The notes beneath the pieces were generated by a model. The model saw nothing but the letters and a program-made list of their open reading frames with translations. It was not told the origin of the DNA and did no database searches. Shown in pieces: positions 57,535 to 64,000 of a stretch of 64,000 nucleotides of DNA. This DNA is from Anthoceros angustus (Eukaryota; Plantae; Anthocerotophyta), in NCBI GenBank assembly GCA_010909165.1, contig VJWM01000116.1, positions 1-64,000 of the forward strand, written 5' to 3'. Made by a program: the position numbers and the translations under genes. How positions within the stretch are numbered: position 1 is the first letter of the stretch; each line of letters opens with the position of its first letter.

Positions 57535-59319
57535 ATGTTTTTGCGGGGAGGCCGGTGCAGTACCAGCGGCGGCGTCGCCGGGGTGCGCCGACTGGAGTGC
57601 GGGAAGCTTGTTTTTGTCGTGGCAGTGATGGTGGCGGCTACCTGTGCCTGGTTGTCGCTCGTGTTCCATCCGAAGAATCACTGCTCGCATCCGCACCGGC
57701 GGGGGGACTGGGAGGCCCCGCCGTCCTCGTCCTTGCTAGATCCTCGGAGCTCCAAGGAGCCGACTCTGGATTTCAATCCTGGCTCGTTTCCTGTGGCCAG
57801 GTCGCCGCCGGGGGCGCTCGGGACGGGGGGGAGCCAGCTGTCGCTGCAAAATGTGGTGTTTGGAATTGGCGGATCTGCGCAGCTGTGGCAGCAGCGGAAG
57901 GAATTTATTAAGCTATGGTGGAGGGCCGGGGAGATGCGAGGATTCGTGTGGCTGGAGGAGAAAGTGAAGGGTATCCCGGGGGAGTTGCTGCCGCAGGTTA
58001 TGGTGTCGGAGGACACTTCCAGGTTCAGCTACACGCATCCCCATGGACATCCGTCGGGAATCCGGATCTCGCGGATCATATCGGAGACTTTTAGATTAGG
58101 CCTGCCGGATGTGCAGTGGTTCGTCATGGGGGACGATGATACCATTTTCTGCCCGGACAACCTGTTGCGGGTGCTCAGCAAGTATGATCCCAGTCAGATG
58201 TACTACATCGGTAGCTCTTCCGAGAGCCATCGGCAGAACACCGATTTCAGCAACAAGATGGCTTACGGCGGGGGAGGATTCGCCATCAGCTATCCCTTGG
58301 CTGCTGCTATTGCGGACATGCAGGATGACTGTCTGGAGCGGTATCCAGAACTGTTTGGAAGCGATGATCGCCTTCAAGCGTGTATTGCCGAGCTCGGTGT
58401 GCCCCTGACCAAGGAAGCCGGGTTCCATCAGGTGTGACTTCTGTCTCTATGATACGGATTTGTTCCCGCTGTCACTGTAGCACGCAGCCTGACTCTGACT
58501 CTGACTCTGACTCTGACTCTGACCCTGACCCTGACCCTGACCCTGATGATTTGTTGTTCGTCTGTAACAGTTCGATATTTATGGGAACGCGTTCGGGCTT
58601 CTTTCCGCTCACCCGACTGCACCTTTTGTTTCCCTCCATCATGTGGAACTTATTGATCCAGTTTTCCCGGGGTACAGCACGTTGGATAGTCTGAAGCTTC
58701 TCACACAGGCTATGCAAGTAGACCCGTCCAGTTTCTTGCAACAGTCAATAACCTATGATAAGAGCCGATCGTTGTCCTACTCCATTTCCTTGGGCTATGC
58801 GGTACAGATTTTTCCTAACATTATTCTACCGAGAGAGCTAGAGAGGCCTGAGATCACCTTCAGGGCTTGGAATCAGTTAGAGAATCCCTTTGAATTTAGT
58901 ATGGACGGTCGCCCTGGTATCAGGGGAGTTTGTAAGCTTCCTTACGTTTTCTTCATGGAGATGGTGGAGTACGAGGAGGATACGGGTACTGTGATGAGCA
59001 TCTACAGACGTCACCGTCCTGTGGACGAGAGGAAGAAAGGCTCCATTTGCTGGTCAAGCATGTATCCCCCAGAGAAGCTGGAGTCTGTGCGTGTTCGGCA
59101 TATACCATTGACTGTTCAATGGTCCAAGGTGAGCACTCTCAGTCTTGCCTGCATTCGTGTCATGCACTGAAATGATGGGATTTGGTTACACTTGCTCACA
59201 AGTCTTGCTTGACCTCTGTTCAGGTTCCGAGAAGGCAATGCGCCCAGTTGGTAGGTTTGAAGGACAAGGTGCTGGATATATTGGTCCGACCATGTAAAGA
59301 AGGAGAAACAGCATATTAG
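57535..59319 (+). CDS. DUF604 / Fringe-like (GT31-related) glycosyltransferase, 516 aa; exons 57535-58431, 58571-59128, 59224-59319
   Basis: N-terminal TM; VVFGIGGS..LW..RK; WFVMGDDDT; YYIGSSSESH.QN; MAYGGGGFAISYPLA; GSDDRL..C.AELGVPLT.E.GFHQ; canonical GT-AG introns keep the frame. Confidence 0.95.
58489..58546. repeat. Intronic hexamer microsatellite (CTGACT)n(CTGACC)n
   Basis: Directly visible. Confidence 0.95.
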
Positions 59320-59939
59320 CTGTGAGCAAGAGAGCTGGAATCTATTTTTTTTTGTTGCAAGAGTTACCACACATCTATCATGTCCAATGGTGCTCTCTCA
59401 AGGGCACGTGACTCATTGATACCTCTAAGGAAGACGATGATGGAACTTCTGCTTGCTGCTGGAACGCGCAGCACGCACTCAGAGGTTATTTTTGCGATGG
59501 ACTGTTAGCGGATACTTCTTGGTATGTGTAAGATAGGTACATACTCATTTATTCAGTAGTCTTTCACGCATCAAGGGTGGTTAAACCACTGTAGCCATTT
59601 GGGGCCCCGAGAGACTACTTCTGTGGGCCAGCTGACTCCCACTTCCCAGTTAGACTTACACTTCCATCTTATCATTTCTTTGGTGCGCCATTGTGTACCA
59701 GTTCTGGCTCCCTGTTTTGGGATCCATCTTTTTTATGTGTCCTTTCAGTGTACCGAAGTGCTCGCTACTAGAGCAAGTGTACCACAGTTGCCCACTGTAC
59801 ATATATGACGGAGACTGCCCAAGAACGATACTGCACAGTGCAGTTGGCCTCGAAGTAAAAGCTCAACCTTGCCTTTGGGGTGGCAGTGCTAGCTAGCTCT
59901 GGCTTGCCAGTCCAAAATCTCCTTTCCCAAATGTCCAGT

Positions 59940-62688
59940 GTCAAAGCCTATTTCTTTCAATGCGCAACGTGCAGCAGCAGGACACTTGTGCACCAGCAAT
60001 TGTGCACCTTCTCGTATTAATTCTCGCATCCCAATCCATCTGCAGGATGTCATAATGTTGTCGGAGGGTGTCCAGAAACCCTAGCTTCGGAGCATGTGAC
60101 CACCACGACCCACCCACACTGCTCGGCGCCTGAATCTGTGCAAAGGGAGCCAATGATGCAATGTGCGGCCGAAAATATCCGAACCCACCAATCGTGCAGG
60201 CCTTTGGTCTGCCTGTACTTCCTCCGCCTTGGAATGCCTTTGTCCTGATTGGTCCTTCCGGCTTTCCTCTGATCTCTCATGCATCTGTATTGATTACGCA
60301 AGCGACAGGGGCGGACGAGGGGCTGCGCCTCTCTCTCCGCCCCTCCGGCCTCGGCCAGCAAGGCAACGTCCCAACGTCCCCGAATTCGGCCATTCGGCCA
60401 TAGTGGGTGGGGTCCTGGACTCCTGACCACCTGCAACCCTGCAACAGTTCGGGAAAAAAAAAAGGTGGTACCAGCTTGGATTGCCGAGTTCCAACGTGTT
60501 TTCTAGCTGTTTCACATCCTTCTTTTCAGACGTCCGAATGCCCGCCTTCAACTTGAACATGGTCTCATTGGCTGTGGTCATGTGGAGTTCCACATTCATG
60601 CAACCTACAAGTCACAGGCCATAACTGTACCAACCAAAATTGGTCATAATCACCGTGGTAATTCTTACTATCGCGTAGAATAATATTTTACTGTCATGTC
60701 CGGTTGCAAGGCCATGTCCCTGAACTCGGCCTTATAAAGACAGGAAGGGGTGCCCCAGTTCCTATCGTAGAATTGTAACATGTCATAATGGCCAGCTGCA
60801 ACTGGCGCTCACTTGGGCTGGAGAGACCTGAAAATGTCACAAGGCCATGCCATGGCAAAGGCACTGCGCTTCGCCAAGCCGTACCATGGCGAACCGATAT
60901 TTAGGCCTAGCCCCTTTTGATAACCCAGCTACGATATGGGAGTTTTCTCCACCTGATAGAGAAAAACACCAACCAATAACCAATCTAAAAGAGTCTAAAA
61001 TTGGCCATCATATTAGCCTGCTGCCGACTGAGCCAAAGCTGTTGATCAATTTTCATCATCTCAAGCGCCAAGCACTGTGAAGTGCTTTCTTTCTCCTCCT
61101 GACCACTTGTTTCTTCGGCAACCCCTTCCAGTGCTGCTTGCTGACGAGATGATGCAGGTGGCTCCTTCCTTCGATACCGCCCCTGCTTCTCCCTGGTGAT
61201 TTGGAGGAAGCAAAGCAGGCACAAAGTTTTGTCCTGTCTCCTGGAACAGACCCAAGCACATCAATTGTGGGTAATACGATCTCACCTCACAACCAGACGC
61301 AGGAGTTTCATACAGGAAGTGCACGGTGACACGACACATACTTCTGGCTGATAAACGCCGGACCACAGATGGGAGTGACTGCACAGTGGCTGCAAGAAAG
61401 TACGAGGATATGTCGAACGCTATCTTGCGGCGGGAGAGCCAATCGACGAAAATGAGTTGGATCGATCTTCTTTTCGGTCAGCAGGGCATCATAGCAAATC
61501 AGGCACAGCCCGTAGCCATCCTGATTCCTGTGACACAAAGACATGTCGTTAACTGTTGTACCAGAGTGTGTATATGCAAGCTTGACAGCAGGTAGTTCAG
61601 GGATTGGTGCTCACACAATGCGCCGGTAGAATGGAGCACAAGGTGGATCAACCTCGCATTCGCTACACTCGGACAAGAAGAAATAAACAGGCTGGTGCGA
61701 CTTGAAGATTGTTTTGCATTCCGTGTACTCCACCACCTCAAATGCAGTTGCTGCTTCCGCTTGCGGGTTGCTTGGACTTGTGGCTTCCGCAAAGCAGGGG
61801 GCGCATAGGTTGAAATCTCCCCTTCTGCAATCATCGCATACCACATGTGAGCAGCCAAAATCAATATGGGCCATTCGTCCTGCAAGTTTGTCAGCAGTGT
61901 GGATTCCAGTCTCTCACTCTTTGTGAGAGTAGCGCAAGCCTTGAATTGGAGAAGCCCCGCAACTGTCGCAGTCTATGCAGTAGACCTGAAAAGGGCGGCT
62001 GTCGCTGGCTCTGGCCACTTTGATGAAGCTTTCAGGTGGATCTGCTGTCTGTTTCTTGAAGCACTTAGAGCACAAGTCGTAATCGGACCTACTGCTTCCA
62101 AGAGCAAATGAAGCTGTCAGAAAGAAAGTAGCACAACTTGGACAAGCCAATGGAGATCAACTACCCTTACATTTTGGACTTGTATCGATTACCAAGAATC
62201 GACGTCCTAATGTTTTGACGACGGCAGTCATCGCAAATGACTCCCTCGTGGAAATAGCATTTGTAGAAACTCAGTGTAGGAGACATGACGACGGAACCTG
62301 CGCATCCAGTCTTGCGAACCACCTGGTAGAAGGGATGCTCCGCGTTGCAGTGCACCTTATCGCGGCCACCACGACCTAATCACATCCATTGACGAAGTCT
62401 TGAACAGCAGAAGGCGTCGTGCGAGCAAGTTGAACATCGAAAAAAGTGCAAAGAGACGCTGCCGATAGGGTCAAAGCAGGTACCCTAGTCCTTCAACGAA
62501 GTCTTCCTTTCAAGAGATGTTTCCTCGAAACAGCAGAAGGCGTGCAAGCAAGTTGAGCATGGAAGGAAGTGCGGAAATTCGCTACTGACAGGATCAGAAG
62601 GGCGGAAGAATTAAGTTTTAGCTCAGTGCAAACCAGAGACAGATAAATAAATACCTATAGCAGAACCTGTCTGCGCCTGAGATTCCAT
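59940..62688 (-). CDS. Multi-exon gene with several tandem ZZ-type zinc fingers; may be a pseudogene, exon structure unresolved
   Basis: HEGVICDDC..I.GNRYK, DYDLCSKCF, CDSCGASPIQGLRY, DFNLCAPCF, CSEC, YGLCLICY, CSHCAVTPICGPAF; candidate ATG at 62688. Confidence 0.6.
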
Positions 62689-63010
62689 GGCCTTGCCAAC
62701 GGCACGCATGCTGACATAACGAGCTCAAGGCTATAGTCGTGACGGCGCCCATTTCAAATCATACAAGCCTGCCAGCTTCAGAGACCCGAGAATTGCTAAG
62801 CAGTGACCTGCAACATCCTCCCGAGTTCACCAATTAAGCCAGCCCTAACACTAAGACTATAGCTCTCGTTTCAGAATGAAGGGAACGCTTTCTGGTCGTT
62901 CCATCAATTGATTGTGTGGGCTTTCTCATCCTACAGTCTCAGACAAGAAAACCAGGATGAGCAGACTACGAACCTGGATTGTCCTCAAGTCTCAACTCTC
63001 CTCAGTTCTG

Positions 63011-64000
63011 TTATCCTGTGAGATAAGTAGGCCTACGAGGAGATGGACGGGGAAAGGGCTTGAAATTCAGAAGAGATCCTATGCTTGATGGGGGAGGATT
63101 TTGTTGGGGGCTCCTTGCCCTCACACGCAAAGGTGCGTCCTGGCTGGGAAATTCCCATGCCGATTCCTGTTCTGCACTGGCTGCCTTACCTCCCAGTTTT
63201 GGCCGCTTTCTGATATGAGATCTCCATCTTCTTGCAAACGGAGCTACGTGTCCGAGGCTGGCTACTAGACGAGCAGCCTGCTTCTCCAACCAGCTTTGGA
63301 GCTTAACAGACTGCTGTTTGAGCCCTTCTGAGAGTATCCGCTCGCAAGCCCATCGTTGCAGATGGCTCTTGTATGTAGCTAAAGCATCTGCCCTATCCCT
63401 CTTCCTCGCACGTTTACCTGCCAGCCATCTTTCCCAAGCGCGGATAACCTTCTTCTCCAACGCCCTCTGCCAGCTCAGCATTGCATCAGCTTCGAGGTCC
63501 CGCTGAAGGAGCCTTAATCGCCTGTGCTGCCTCCAGGCTGCCAGCGACAATCTCAGCAGTCTCTCGCTGAAATGTGCATCAGCCTTTGCAATGTGTTTTC
63601 CTCGGTGCGTCCGATGCTTGAAATATCTCAGCCAAGCGTGGAACGCTGCTTTCGTCCTGGATGCTTGGAAGAGGTGGTCAGCAAGCTCTTCATTCATTCT
63701 GGCTAACTTCAGCACGTCTCGGATCCTCATCCAACCATTCCAGATTCTGGTCTTGCGCAAGTTTCTTACTTTCTTGGTAAGTTTAACAGCACGAGCCTTT
63801 CTCTCGGACTTTCCTGACGCATACTCTTCCCATGCTTGAAAAGCAGTCACAACCAGCCAATTGTCCCTCTTCTGAATTGCTCGGTCTTCGACATTGCGCA
63901 TAGCCCGGCGCAAAACACGACCAGTCCGAAGCCAAGCTCGAAGGACCTTCCGCATCTCCCGAAATCTCCAGTGATCTTCCGCTAACTTTCTGTGATCGAG
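63011..64000 (-). CDS. 3' end of an SFI1-like protein (Trp-periodic centrin-binding repeats); continues beyond the window
   Basis: Repeating F/L..W motifs in a basic helical ORF (KVLRAW, AFQAW, IWNGW, AFHAW, SLAAW, VIRAW) and a Pro-rich C-terminus. Confidence 0.65.
   Translation of the reverse strand, partial: LDHRKLAEDHWRFREMRKVLRAWLRTGRVLRRAMRNVEDRAIQKRDNWLVVTAFQAWEEYASGKSERKARAVKLTKKVRNLRKTRIWNGWMRIRDVLKLARMNEELADHLFQASRTKAAFHAWLRYFKHRTHRGKHIAKADAHFSERLLRLSLAAWRQHRRLRLLQRDLEADAMLSWQRALEKKVIRAWERWLAGKRARKRDRADALATYKSHLQRWACERILSEGLKQQSVKLQSWLEKQAARLVASLGHVAPFARRWRSHIRKRPKLGGKAASAEQESAWEFPSQDAPLRVRARSPQQNPPPSSIGSLLNFKPFPRPSPRRPTYLTG

Noticed and set aside
56554-57911. Several overlapping 150-170 aa ORFs upstream of DUF604
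   Set aside because: Products of GC-rich simple repeats in the leader; no domain signal

Overview
Nuclear DNA of a land plant, most likely a seed-free lineage with flagellated sperm (inferred from an SFI1-like centrin-binding repeat gene, many PLS-class PPR fragments and short GT-AG introns). The left ~46 kb is a decaying mosaic. One module (promoter, F-box-like gene, PPR fragments and pieces of neighbouring genes) is locally duplicated about five times. The copies are interrupted by two Copia elements, a chromodomain Gypsy, two 2.3-2.5 kb solo LTRs and a non-autonomous TIR element carrying tandem 5S-rRNA-promoter-like repeats. The right ~18 kb is gene-dense: a nuclear-encoded MatR-type group II intron maturase with a new intron-containing N-terminus, a divergently transcribed chimeric gene (TM + PMEI + RRLL + Kazal inhibitor + TM), a CRE-like non-LTR fragment, an intact F-box gene, a DUF604/Fringe-like glycosyltransferase, a multi-ZZ zinc-finger gene and the 3' end of an SFI1-like gene. 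The best candidates for something new are the PMEI-RRLL-Kazal fusion, the nuclear MatR and the 5S-carrying TIR element. All calls come from reading the sequence by eye; no database searches were run.
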